Below the pieces are notes generated by a model. It searched no databases. It saw only the letters and a program-made list of their open reading frames with translations, and was not told where the DNA came from. Source: Okamejei kenojei (taxonomy: Eukaryota). Taken from it: 64,000 nucleotides of DNA. The translations under genes and the position numbers were made by a program. This document shows, in pieces, positions 13,352-25,390 of the stretch. Numbering within the stretch: the first letter of the stretch is position 1; every line of letters starts with the position of its first letter. Location of the stretch: assembly GCA_035221665.1 (NCBI GenBank), contig CM069169.1:16740001-16804000 (forward strand). The letters run 5' to 3'.

Positions 13352-13680
13352 TGGCACGCTGGCGCAGCAGTAGAGTAGCTGCCTCACCGAGCCAGAGACC
13401 CCGGTTCGATCCCGACTACGGGTGCTGTCTGTATGGAAGTTTGTACGTTCTCCCCGTGACCTGCGTGGGTTTTCTCCGGGTGCTCCAGGTTTCCTCCCAC
13501 ACTCCAAAGCCATACAGGCTTGTAGGTTAAGTGGCTTGGTAAAAATTGTACAAATGTAAAAATTGTCCCTAGTGTGTCCAGGTAGTGTGTTAGAGTTCGG
13601 GGATCGCTAGTCGGCGCGGACTCGGTAGGCCGAAGGGACAGTTTCCTCGCTGTATCTCTGAAACTAAAAACTAAAAACTA
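13352..13680 (+). mobile_element. Full-length HE1-type V-SINE
   Basis: Same head, V-domain and tail. Confidence 0.88.
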
Positions 13681-14519
13681 TTGCGAGTACTTCAATGTTT
13701 GCAAATTTATTCTGTGGATTCATGAAGCACATCAACCTCACATCCAACTCTAATAGGCAAGTGTTTTGATGTGAGCTCTCTGATAATTAATAATTTGTTA
13801 ATTCGTGAGAAGCTCCAGTTCCTGAGCAGTCAGGCCTGTGGGATTTGCATCAAAGGACTCTTTGCTTTCTAAGTGTGTACAAGATATGTACATATATAAG
13901 CATTATGCATGCATGGAGGGCATACACATATTTACACCATCAACCCAATTTTTGAAGTGAAATAATTTTAAAACATTAAATGAAATAATGCAAATAAATA
14001 TGTCAGACTTTTTCTTGTGAAGATTTGCATCTTTAAAATCATTTAAAAATAGAATGTGTCTGTACACATGCGAATGTCAGTTCCAAGTCTTTCTCTTTCT
14101 GTCTGTAATTATTATTCAATGCAAATCACTCCATTATTGGGCGGCACGGTGGCGCAGCGGTAGAGTTGCAGCCTCACAGCGCCAGAGACCCGGGTTCGAT
14201 CCTGACTACGGGCGCTGTCTGTACCGAGTTTGTACGTTCTCCCCGTGACCTGCGTGGGTTTCCTCCGGGTGCTCCGGCTTCCTCCCACACTCCAAAGACG
14301 TACAGGTTTGAGGAAGGGTCTTTACCCGAAACGGCACCCATACCTTCTCTCCAGAGATGCTGCCTGTCCCGCTGAGTTACTGCAGATTTTTGTGTCTACT
14401 TCAGTTAAAGTGCTTGAAGGAGGAACTTGTTTATTCTAAACTTCATTACCACTGGGTAATAAATCACAGCTGATCCATGCCATGCGATGGCAATCTGATA
14501 TTTAGTTCAGTTTTTGTTC

Positions 14520-14828
14520 TATTTAGTTTGGTTTAGTTTAGTTTAGTGATACAGCACGGAAACAGGTCCTTCTGCCCACCGAGTCAGCACCGACCAGCGC
14601 TCACCCCGTACACGAGCACTATTCTACACATGAGGGACAATTTACAATTTTTACTGAACTAACTAACAAACCTGCACGTCTTTGGAGTGTGGGAGGAAAC
14701 CAGAGCACCCGGAGAAAACCCCAACGGTCAGAGGGAGAAAGTACAAACTCCGTACAGACAGCAGCTGGCTCAAACCCGGGTCTCTGGCGCGGTGAGGCAG
14801 CAACTCTACCGCTGCGCCACCGTACCAC
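14520..14828 (-). mobile_element. HE1-type V-SINE
   Basis: Same head, V-domain and tail. Confidence 0.85.
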
Positions 14829-15481
14829 CAATTTACTGATAACTAATAAGCCGATACTATTGCTTAAGGTGAGCTTCAAACGTGGTAAAAATCTGATGAC
14901 TTTGGGACTTGTTGTCACTCAATGGTGTGTTATTAAAGTGGCGTCAATTTTTGTTGATTAATTTTACAAAAGCATTCAGTTGCTACTGTGTGAGTGATTG
15001 GCGCTACATCTATGAGCAACCTCTTTTGTCATTTACTGGTGGCCTGAAGTTTCGTGAACTGCATCCCTTTCCACTCATTCAATCACAATCTACTTTTAAA
15101 ATCAACCATATTGATCAAACTAAGGAAGCTGAAGAATGGCTTAATTTAGTTATTTATTGATATTCCAATATCTCGAGGGTAGGTGAACAAAGGGGGAGCT
15201 GGTGTGGATAATGTGTACACTTTGTGACTTTGTCCTTTATGTGGCGACTATTCGCATACCTTGGGTAGGCAAGCAAAGAATTTCATTGTGAATTGTCATC
15301 AGTTCATTCATTCGGGAGGAGCTGGGAACTTTCATCAGGCTTACCTGTCAGAGGTAACGGGGAGAAGGCAGGGGAATGGGGTTGAGAGGGAGAAGGAGAT
15401 CAGCCATGATTGAACGGCGGAGTAGAATTGATGGGCCGAAGGGACTAATTCCGCTCACGTCACTTACAAACATGGACTCAC

Positions 15482-15613
15482 CTCCCTCGTCCTTGCAGCT
15501 CTGCTGAATCTTCCTCCTGCACACGTAGCCCAGGGCAGCCAGCAACGCCAGCAGGCAGACGGTCAGGCCAACTGTCAGCCACAACGCCACGGCTGGGAAC
15601 CGCAGGTGTTGAC
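15482..15613 (-). CDS. CD276: CD276/B7-H3 transmembrane exon (132 nt, phase 1-1)
   Basis: GQHLRFPAVALWLTVGLTVCLLALLAALGYVCRRKIQQSCKDEG compared with human GQPMTFPPEALWVTVGLSVCLIALLVALAFVCWRKIKQSCEEEN. Acceptor ccaccacag|GT, donor GGAG|GTGAGT. Confidence 0.96.
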
Positions 15614-15979
15614 CTGTGGTGGAAAGAGACAGAGAACAGGTGGGTCACATCGCTGGGAAGATTCACAGCACAATAGATCATGGAAGAGTTCAGACTGAAG
15701 AAGAGTCTCGACCCGGAAACGTCGCCCATTCCTTCTCTCCATAGACGCTGCCTGTCCCGCTGGGTTACTCCAGCATTTAATGTCTATCTTCGGTGTAAAC
15801 CAGCATCAGCAGTTCCTTATGTTTAAGAAAGAACTGCAGATGCTGGTAAAATCAAAGGTCGACACAGAATGCTGGAGAAACTCAGCGGGTGAAGCAACAT
15901 CGATGCTGAGTTTCTCACCCGCTGGGTTTTTCCAGCATTTTGTGTCTACCATCTGCAATTCTTCCCACACTCTGTAATT

Positions 15980-16260
15980 TTAGTTTTGTTTAGAGATAAA
16001 GCGTGGCCCACAAAGTCCATGCCGACCAGCGATCACCCGCACACTAGATATATCCTACACGCACTAGGGGCGATCTACAGAAGACAATTAACCAACAAAC
16101 TTGCACGTCTTTGGAGTGTGGGAGGAAACCGGAGCACCCGGAGAAAACCCACCCAGGTCACGGGGGTGAACGTACAAACTCCGTACTGACAGCACCCGTG
16201 GTCAGGAGCGAACAGGGGTCTCTGGCGCTGTGAGGCAGCAACTCTACCGCCGTGCCGCCC
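15980..16260 (-). mobile_element. HE1-type V-SINE
   Basis: Same motifs. Confidence 0.82.
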
Positions 16261-17346
16261 TATAGGTTAGCCCGAGCTGTCATTGCTGGCACTGACACAC
16301 CGCGGGGGGGACATCCTTGTCTGTGAGTCGGCAGGGTCTGAGTACATGAGCCAGACCAGGGATGGGGGGGAGGGGGACCTGGTCGGATCGGAGCACCGTG
16401 TGAACAACAGACATTTCACTGAGCTCACTCACGGCCGCTCCCTACGGTGGGGTCCTTCGTGAAGACGAGCTTGGTAGTCCAGTCCGCCCACTGTCCTGCA
16501 CAACACACACTTCCCTCAACCAATGGTCGGCACGAGCTCGGTGGGCCGAAGGGCCTGTTTCCGCGATGTATCTCGAAACTAAACTAACTAAACCAGCATC
16601 TGCAGTGTGCGGCGATCGCTGGTCGAGAGGAATGTGAAAACAACAGACTCCAATAACAATGAAGGACGATTTATATTTCAACAGATCCATCGGTTACAAT
16701 CAGAAATTGACAATAAATACATTCATTATTGATTATTTAACTACGTCCCTGAATGATTTTGTTGCACAAAGAAACTGCTTTATTTTACACATCAGGATTG
16801 ATGTGGTCGGGCTACTAATCTATTCCCGGGACACTCAAGCCACATTGGTCCTCGGAGCACGATTATCCGATTAAAGGCAATTTGGAGCCAGTGTTTACTG
16901 CAGCACAGACTCTCACCTGGTAGAAATTGGACAGGAATTTAATGCAACAGAACGTCAGAGCAACACGTCAGAAGGAAGAGAACCAAGACAGACGCAAGGA
17001 GGGAGTAACTCAGCGGGACAGGACGCATCTCTGGAGAGAAGGAATGGGTGACGTTTCGGGTCGAGACCCTTCTTCATAAGAGGTGTGTTGATAGTTGATA
17101 GTTGAAGGTTCAATGACAGGCACGGTGGCGCAGCGGTAGAGTTGCTGCCTCACAGCGCCAGAGACCCGGGTTCGATCCTAACTACGGGTGCTGTCTGTAC
17201 GGAGTTTGTATGTTCTTCCCCCGTGACCGAGCGAGTTTTCTCCGGGTGCCCTGGTTTCCTCCCACACTCCAAAAACGTGCGGGTTTGTAGGTTAATTGGC
17301 TTTTGTACATTGTCCCAAGTGTGTGTGGGACATAGACCCAGTGTAC

Positions 17347-17400
17347 GGGGTGGGAGATTGTGACCTTCACGTGGTCCGCCCTGTTTCGACTAATGCAATC
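17347..17400 (+). ncRNA. Minimal HDV-like ribozyme fold, second copy
   Basis: Same architecture. The P2 5' strand GAUUGUG still pairs through two wobbles; J4/2 is CUAA. Confidence 0.75.
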
Positions 17401-17487
17401 AACTCGACGTGCACAAACGGAAGATCAAATAGAACAAGTTGTCCAACAGCTTTAAGCTGTGCATGCCACATGCAAGAAGAAGAAGAA
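17347..17487 (+). mobile_element. ~140-nt ribozyme-headed short retroelement inserted in an HE1 SINE
   Basis: Homologous to 25253-25390; ends GCAAGAAGAAGAAG; the HE1 sequence resumes afterwards, with a diverged duplication (gacccagtgtac / gaactggtgtc). Confidence 0.75.
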
Positions 17488-18005
17488 CTGGTGTCGGGGG
17501 TGATCGATGGTCGGCGCGATCTTGTTGGGCCTATTTTCACACCATAACACGAAACTAAACTGAACAAAACTACTCGAAAATGGCTGAAATGACTAAAGAA
17601 AACTCAATCGGTGAATCAGTCAGACATCCTTATCGGGAAACCCTGCAGCAAATCACCACGGCAACAGAATACGGAATAAAAGCATTCAGAAACCAATGGA
17701 GCTTTTTTATAAAACTATGCAAGGCTATGAAAGGTTCAGTCATGCCCCACAACTGGAAAAGATAAACAATCAGTAGAAGGCCACGGATGGAGACCGATTG
17801 TGTGGAGAATCTTCCCCTGCACGCACCGGAGATGCAACACCGGTCCTTACACCTTCTCTTCTACTCACTCTACGGCTATCAGGTCTGACTTTATGAGCTT
17901 TCTGCGCAGACTGCACCTGCAGTCAGGATCAAACCCAGGTCTGTGGCGCTGTGAGGCAGCAACTCTACCGCTGCGCCACCGTCAGATGTTTTACACACCA
18001 TGTGC

Positions 18006-19052
18006 AGTCAAGTCAAGTCACTTTTATTTCTATAGCACATTTAAAAAACAACTCTCGTTGGCCAAAGTGCGTTACATTGGTGGAGGTACTAACGTTATAC
18101 AGCAGTGGTTCATAGATTAAATACAAACATCACTACATACGTATAGCCCTCGCTCAGAGGACGTCAAGAAAAGCTTAGAAACATAGAAAAATAGGTGCAG
18201 GAGTAGGCCATTCGGGACAAGTTAATTATTGTGACTCCAATAATTAACGTGCGTTACCATGGTTACGGCAAATTACAGGCCCTTCGAGCCTGCACCGCCA
18301 TTCAATATGATCATGGCTGATCATCCAACTCAGTATCCTGTACCTGCCTTCTCTCCATACCCCATGATCCCTTTAGCCACAAGGGCCACATCTAACTCCC
18401 TCTTAAATATAGCCAATGAACTGGCCTCAACTACCTTCTGTGGCAGAGAATTCCACAGACTCACCACTCTCTGTGTGAAAAATGATTTTCTCATCTCGGT
18501 CCTAAAAGACTTCCCCCTTATCCTTAAACTGTGACCCCTTGTTCTGGACTTCCCCAACATTGGGAACAATCTTCCTGCATCTAGCCTGTCCAACCCCTTA
18601 AGAATTTTGTAAGTCTCTATAAGATCCCCCTCAATCTTCTAAATTCCAGCGAGTACAAGCCGAGTCTATCCAGTCTTTCGTCATATGGAAGTCCTGCTAT
18701 CCCAGGAATCAGTCTGGTGAATCTTCTCTGTATTCCCTCTATGGCAAGATTGTCTTTCCTTAGATTAGGAGACCAGAACTGTACACAATACTCCAGGTGT
18801 GGCCTCACCAAGACCCTGTACAACTGCAGTAGAACCTCCCTGCTCTTGTACTCAAATCCTTTTGCAATGAATGCCAACATACCTTGGGAGTAGAGATGAG
18901 TTTTAAGTCTCGACTTAAAGGAGTCGATGGAGGGGGCTGTTCTGATGGGAAGAGGGATGCTGTTCCACAGTCTAGGAGCTGCAACCGCCAAGGCGCGGTC
19001 GCCCCTGAGCTTACGCCTGGACCGCGGGATGTTCAGTAACCCCAAGTCGGCT
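18006..19052 (-). mobile_element. L2-clade LINE 3' end (interrupted by CR1)
   Basis: LLNIPRSRRKLRGDRALAVAAPRLWNSIPLPIRTAPSIDSFKSRLKTHLYSQ (18885-19045) and a (TTGAC)n tail near 18006-18022. Confidence 0.8.
18176..18884 (-). mobile_element. CR1 LINE 3' fragment nested in an L2 3' end
   Basis: [15 protein letters not shown]...WNSLP plus tail; L2 sequence on both sides. Confidence 0.88.
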
Positions 19053-19614
19053 GTGTAGGAGGAGCAAGCTTCTGCACAGATCCCAGCGTGGATTTACCAG
19101 CCGTGACTTTAGATGGGTCAATGCCCCTTTAAGAACAAGTCAATGTGTGAACAAGCTAATTAAATGAAATAAAAGACAAGAAATTATTCAATCGCTCAAA
19201 GAACGGAAAATAAATTAATTTCAACGGCTGGGAACTAAAATTATTCATATCTGAAATACCAGATAAAACATTTATTAGCACTGCAGATATTGAACCTGTG
19301 AATGTCTGGAATGAACAGAATCCTTCCCTGCTTTGTGACTCCAATAATTAACTTGCGTTACCATGGTTACGGCAAAATTTGAAGACTTGTAAATCAACGT
19401 TTAATGGCACGGTCACGCAGTAAATAACTCTCCTCCACAGAAGCAGCGACTTATAATCTGCCATTCTGGTTATTTTGAGAAATAGGTTGCATTGTTAAGG
19501 CCGCATTCTATGATGACCTTGTAGAGGTGAGGCGGTCTCATGTGTAAACTCTGCTATTATCAAATCGCTGATATACTCTTTCACCTATTTCTGTAGTTTA
19601 CAGATACCTTTGGT

Positions 19615-19905
19615 TGGCACGGTAGAGTTGCTGCCTCACAGCGCCAGAGAACCCGGGTTCGATCCTGACCACGGGTGCTGTCTGTACGGAGTTTGCACGT
19701 TCTCCCAGTGACAGCGTGGGTTTTCTCCGGGGGCTCCGGTTTCCCCCCACACTCCAATGACGTGCAGGTCTGTTGGTTAATCGGCTCATGTAAAGTTGTA
19801 AATAGTCCCTAGTGTGCAGCATAGTGCTGGCATACAGGTAGATCAGTGGTCAGTGCGGTCTCAGTGGGCCGAAGGGCCTGTTACCATGCTGTATGTCCAA
19901 AGACT
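19615..19905 (+). mobile_element. HE1-type V-SINE
   Basis: Same motifs. Confidence 0.82.
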
Positions 19906-21052
19906 CAAGTCTAAAATCGAGTCCACTCTGCCATTCAGTCATGGCTGATCTATCTCTCCCTCTCAACCCCATTCTCCTGCCTTCTCCCCATAACCCCTGA
20001 CGCCCGTACTAATAAAATATCATTCGATCTCCACCTTAATAATACCCAATGACTTGGCCTCCACAGCTGTATGCGGCAATGAAACCCACAGATTCACCAC
20101 TCTCTGGCTGAAGAAATTCCTCCTCATCTCCAGGTGTGTCCCGAACAAATACCCATTGGCTTGGCCTCCACTGTTATGAGAGTCTTGAACGGACCAGAGA
20201 TGCATCTCAGTTTGTTTATATCGGAGATCTGCTGCAATTAGTTCAAGCATTCTGATCATGCAGAATCTTTCCACTGGAGAACGTACACAAGTAATTAAAA
20301 ATGTTAAGAATGAGTAAGAATTCATTCATACGAAATGCAAGGAGTCTGTGGCTTGAGTTATATTTTTATGCCATTTTTGTGAAACATTAATGTTTTACCT
20401 ATTTTCTTGTTTATGAAATTTTTTTTAATGCTCTGGTGAGTTTTATTGGAATTTTTCAGCTGCTGCCATATAGTTTTTAATGTTTTACAACCCATTGACG
20501 AACCATAAGAGTATGAATAAATAATTAATAACCCAATGTGACGCGGCAATCACAGAAAATTAGTTTCACCATTAGAACTGGTCATTAATATTATGAGGAT
20601 TGGATATTGTGACCCAAATTGATATTCTAGGAGAGAATTCGGGCAATTTTACCAATAATCTCCAATCCAAGCAGACATGCAAACAATGTTTTAAGCTACA
20701 CCGAATGGTCTAACTCGCGAAAGAAACTGCGTTATATTCAAAACTAAATTTAGTGTAGTTTAGAGCTACACCATAGAAACAGGCTCTTTGGTCCACAGGG
20801 CCCACCGATCACCCGTTCACACTAGTTGTATGTTATCCCAATTTCTTATCCATTCCCTGCGCACAGGAGAGGCAATTTAGAGAGGTCAATGAAATTACGT
20901 CTTTGAAAGGAAACCGGAGTACCCAGAGGAAACCACACAGTCACAGGGAGAACGTGCAAACTCCACTCAGACAGCACCTGTTTGACAAAAATTGTCCCTA
21001 GTGTGTGTAGGGTAGTGTTGATGTAAGTAAGTGTGTGTAGGGTAGTGTTGAT

Positions 21053-21352
21053 GTAAGTAAGTAAGTTTATTGGCCAAGTACTCACATACAAGGAATTTGC
21101 CTTGGTGCTCTGCCCACAAGTAACAACATGACATACAGTGACAGTTACGAATGACTCAGAAAACACTAAACATTAATAATAATAAAACATTAATGATAAA
21201 ACACCATTGATCAAGCATGTGAACCAACAAAATACCAGATCAAAGGGAGGCTACAGATTTTTGGCTGTTGAGCAGAGCAACAACTCGTGGATAAAAACTG
21301 TTTTTATGTCTGGCTGTGGCAGCTTTGACAGTGCGGAGTCGCCTTCCAGAGG
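21053..21352 (-). mobile_element. Rex1/Babar-like LINE 3' end
   Basis: Near-identical to 55002-55318; inserted in an HE1 SINE. Confidence 0.75.
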
Positions 21353-22337
21353 ATCAGTTAACTGTGCGGGGATCGCTGGTCGACGTGACCCAGTGGGCAG
21401 AAGGGTCTGTTTCCCCGCTGTATATCTAGACTAAACTAAACAAGATAACTCCCTTCATAAACTATTCCCTTCATACACACTGCGCTTTGTACAAGAAGAA
21501 CAACGTCCCCTTAGTTTTGCAGTATTGATTAATGTCAACCAACTGGAACATGAAGAGAGCAGCAACATATGCCGTCCCCATGTTTCCAGTGAGTGGGGAC
21601 CTTAAGCATACGAATCAGTGTCATCCAGAAATGGAAACAATTCCAATGAGCTGTAGTGCGGGAGCAGAGAGAATTAGCGGATGATATGCAGCAGAACCAA
21701 CACTGTCAACAGTAGTAATGACTTCCATTAAGCTGCCGTGTGAAGCTCGTCGCAAACAAAACAACAGGCATGTTTCTTAAACCCTTCTTCATCGGAGAAA
21801 TGTGGGAGTTTCTGGCACCAATTGTTGTCATTACTAGAACCCATCAAAATGGAGATAATTGGGCAAATTCCCCCATCAATCCAGCTGTAAATTAATACAA
21901 TGATCTTGGCCTCATGCAAACATCCTCTATTCTCTACATTTTTATGAAGATATTATTTTTGCTCCTCCTATGAAATGTTGCTCTACTCCTGTATCATCTG
22001 CTCATTTAGTTTAGTGACTCGTAGAGTAATTGGACTCTTTGCCACAATTAAAAATATTAAATTTACTTTAGAGGCATACAACAGGGAAACAGGCCCTTCG
22101 GCCCAACTTGCCCATGCCGACCAAGATGCCTCATCCATACTAGTCCCACCTGCCTGCCCATATCCCTCTAAACCTTACCGAAGGGAGGCAGGGGTTATAG
22201 GGAGAAGACTCGATGGGCCGAATGGCCTAATTCTGCCCCTTTCATGACCTTATGAACTTCTGAAGTGTAAAAGTGTCAAAGTTCAAATCGCATAGCCAAG
22301 ACAAAACAAAGGACATCCCCTCAATCTAATGAAGATA

Positions 22338-22890
22338 GACCTTGGTGAGATGCCATTTAGAGTAGTGTGTTCAGTTCTGGGCACCATGTTATAGGAACGA
22401 TATTGAAAAGCTTGAAAGGGTTCAGAGAAGATTTACGAGGATGTTGCCAAGACTAGAGGGTGTGAGCTATAGGGTGAGGTTGAGTAGGCTGGGTCTCTAT
22501 TCCATGGTACGCAGGAGGAGAGGGGTGATCTTATAGAGGTGTACAAAATCATGACAGGAATAGATTGGGTAGATGCACAGAGTCTCTTGCCCAGTGCAGG
22601 GGAATCGAGGACCAGAAGTTCAAGGTGAAGGGGAAAAGATGTAATAGGAATCTGAGGGGTAACCTTTTCACACAAAGGGTGGTGGGTGGGTGGAACAAGC
22701 TGCCAGAGGAGGTCGTTGAGGCAGGGATTATCCCAAAGTTTAAGAAACAGTTAGATGGGTACATGGATAGGACCAGTTTGGAGGGATAAGGACCAAACGC
22801 AGGCAGGTGAGAGTAGCGTAGTTGGGAGATGTTGGCTGGTGTGGGCAAGGTGGGCCGAAGGGCCTGTTGTCATACTGTATCACTCTATGA
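22338..22890 (+). mobile_element. CR1 LINE 3' fragment (subfamily sharing its tail with HE1)
   Basis: NLRGNLFTQRVVGGWNKLPEEVVEAG; GGGCCGAAGGGCCTGT tail. Confidence 0.82.
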
Positions 22891-23029
22891 CTATAAAGGC
22901 TAAATGCTGGAGTCACTCAACGGGACAGGCGGCATCTCCAGAGAGATGGAATGGTAGACGTTTCGGGTCGAGACCCTTCTTCAGACCCCTCAATCTTTCC
23001 AGCTGACGATGGTTCCTTTGATGATCACA

Positions 23030-23470
23030 CAGACAATAGACAATAGATGCAGGAGTAGGCCATTCGGCCCTTCGAGCCAGCACCGCCATTCAATGTGATC
23101 ATGGCTGGTCATCCCCAATCAGTACCCCGTTCCTACCTTCTCCCCATATCCCCTGACTCCGCTATCTTTAAGAGCCCTATCTAGCTCTCTCTTGAAAGTA
23201 TCCAGAGAACCGGCCTTCACCACCCTCTGAGGCAGAGACTCACAACTCTCTGTGAGAAAAAGTGTTTCCTCGTTTCCGTTCTAAATGGCTCACCCCTTAT
23301 TCTTAAACTGTGGTCCCCGGTTCTGGACTCCCCCAACATCGGGAACATGTTTCCTGCCTCTAGCGTGTCCAAACCCTCGACAATCTTATATATTTCAATG
23401 AGATCCCCTCTCGTCCTTCTAAACTGCAGAGTGTACAAGCCCAGCTGCTCCATTCTCTCAGCATGTGACA
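23030..23470 (-). mobile_element. CR1 LINE 3' fragment
   Basis: LGLYTLQFRRTRGDLIEIYKI; (TATTGTC) tail. Confidence 0.85.
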
Positions 23471-23925
23471 TAGACTACGTGCCAGAGACTGCACGCTGGG
23501 TCCTACTCATTCATCTCCAGCCTGGGTAAATCTTCAATCCAGTTGTATAATAAAGGTATTCTATAACAGACAGCATACTCATAAAGCAGTGACAAGATCC
23601 ATAATATAAAGTGGATAATGATGCCAAGGAATTCATCAAGTACTGATGGAATAATCCCCGTTCCTTCAAACCAATTGCGGAGATGGGGTAGCTGGCTGAG
23701 ATTATGAATCCCATTTTGTATACCACATTCTAGGATCACTTGACCAGCCTAATATTAGCATTTCCACTAAGCTTCATTTATTTAATAGCTTCCAAAAATA
23801 TACACTGCAGGAATTTATTTGCAGGGCACTTTATTGAATGTGGCTGCTGTGTAGTTAAAGGGAAAATCTTGCATTTGGTTTAGTGGGTTTCATCGGGTTT
23901 TTTTAAAGCAGGGAACGACAGGTTG

Positions 23926-24222
23926 GGGCGGCACGGTGGCGCAGAGTTGCTGCCTCACAGCGCCAGAGACCTGGGTTTGATCTACGGAGTTTGTACGTTC
24001 TCCCTGTGGGCTTTCTCCAAGATCTTCGGTTTCCTCCCACACTCCAAAGACGTGCAGGTTTGTAGGTCAATTGGCTTGGTATAATTGGAAAATTGCCCGC
24101 AGTGTGTGTGTGTGTGTGTGTGTGTGTTGTGTTTATGTGCGGAGTTGTGTTTATGTGCGGGGAACACTAGACTCGGTGGGCCGTAGGGCCTGTTTCCGCG
24201 CTGTACCTCGAAACTAAACTAA
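23926..24222 (+). mobile_element. HE1-type V-SINE with internal (TG)n
   Basis: Same motifs. Confidence 0.82.
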
Positions 24223-25252
24223 GGTTCTAGATTAGCACGGGTGTCAAAGGTTACGGGGAGAAGGAAGGATAGTTCAGCCATGATTGACGTGATGGCCCGT
24301 GGTCAGGATGGAAGCCAGGTCTCTGGCGCTGTGAGGCAGCAACTCTCCCGCTGTGCCACTGGGATGCTTCAGTCTCTGCTCTCAAGCAGGGAGAGGGAGC
24401 ATGGGCTGGTTTTCCCAAACGCGGGCGCGTGATGAAACGTTCGGCGAGTTTGACGGGACCACGTGTGGGAGTAATTCATCAATGATGAAGACAAGAGGTG
24501 TGCCTCAGGGTTCGGCGCTGGGCCATTGCTGTTTGTCACCAAACGCGGGCAGGTGGGACGAGAGTAGCTGGGACATGTTGGCCGGCGTGGGTAAGTTGGG
24601 CCGAAGGGCCCGTTTCCACGCTGTATCACTCTATGACTAATTATCTTTAAAACGATTGGATTGAACAACTTGCAGAGATGAGCAAGAACTTGGGACTTGG
24701 GGGATGAGAATCGTAAAGCACGGAAACAGGCCCTTCGGCCCAACACATCCATGCCAACCAAGATGCCCCACCTAAGATAGTCTACCTAACGTGCAATTTG
24801 GCCCCTGCACCTCTAAACCGGGCACGTGTAGGCAAGGCAGGCATGGAGTAAAATTATAAAAAAAGTGATTATTAAATATAAATAGTAAAGATTTCCAATT
24901 CATTTACTAAATTCAGTATTTATTATTAAATGGTTGTTATTTTAATATTTTAATTTTAGGTAGGCATAATTCTCACGTGCCTCTCATCTGCAGTACGCGT
25001 AACGATATTGAACTCGCGTGCCGTGGGCCTTCACTTGCAACGGGCAATAATGGCAGCTGAAATCCTGCCTTTGCATCACGCTAGGTGCAGCGCATGCCCG
25101 CTCGACAGGAGACCAATCTGCGCATGCGCGGTTTTTAACATGTTTTAAAAGTCGACTGACTGCCCACAGGACCGATCTGCGCATGTGCGTTTATTTACGA
25201 TGTTTAAAGGTCGCCTGACTGCCCAGTGCCTACCCCGAGTAATTTCACGGCA

Positions 25253-25390
25253 CTTCTTCTTGCGTGTGGCGTGCACGCCCTAAAGTTGTCGGACAACTTG
25301 TTCTGTTTGATCTTATTTGATTGTGCACGCCGGGTTGATTGCATTCGTCGAAACAGGGCGGACCACGTGAAGGTTGCAATCTCCCACCCC
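25253..25390 (-). mobile_element. ~137-nt ribozyme-headed short retroelement with (AAG)n tail (Ingi/Vingi-like, non-autonomous)
   Basis: Starts at ribozyme G1 and ends CCACACGCAAGAAGAAG. Near-TSD TCACGGCA/TCATGGCA. Inserted next to the right TIR of a hAT element. Confidence 0.75.
25337..25390 (-). ncRNA. Minimal HDV/CPEB3-like self-cleaving ribozyme fold (54 nt), sense to the CD276 pre-mRNA
   Basis: GGGGUGG-GA-GAUUGCA-ACC-UUCACGU-GGU-CCGCCCU-GU-UUCGA-CGAA-UGCAAUC: P1 of 7 bp with a G1-U wobble, P2 of 7 bp, P3 of 3 bp, 7-nt L3, vestigial P4, J4/2 CGAA. Confidence 0.8.

Larger units (their letters stand above)
17118..17562 (+). mobile_element. HE1-type V-SINE hosting the ribozyme-headed element
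   Basis: Head and V-domain 17118-17346, tail resumes at ~17488. Confidence 0.85.
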
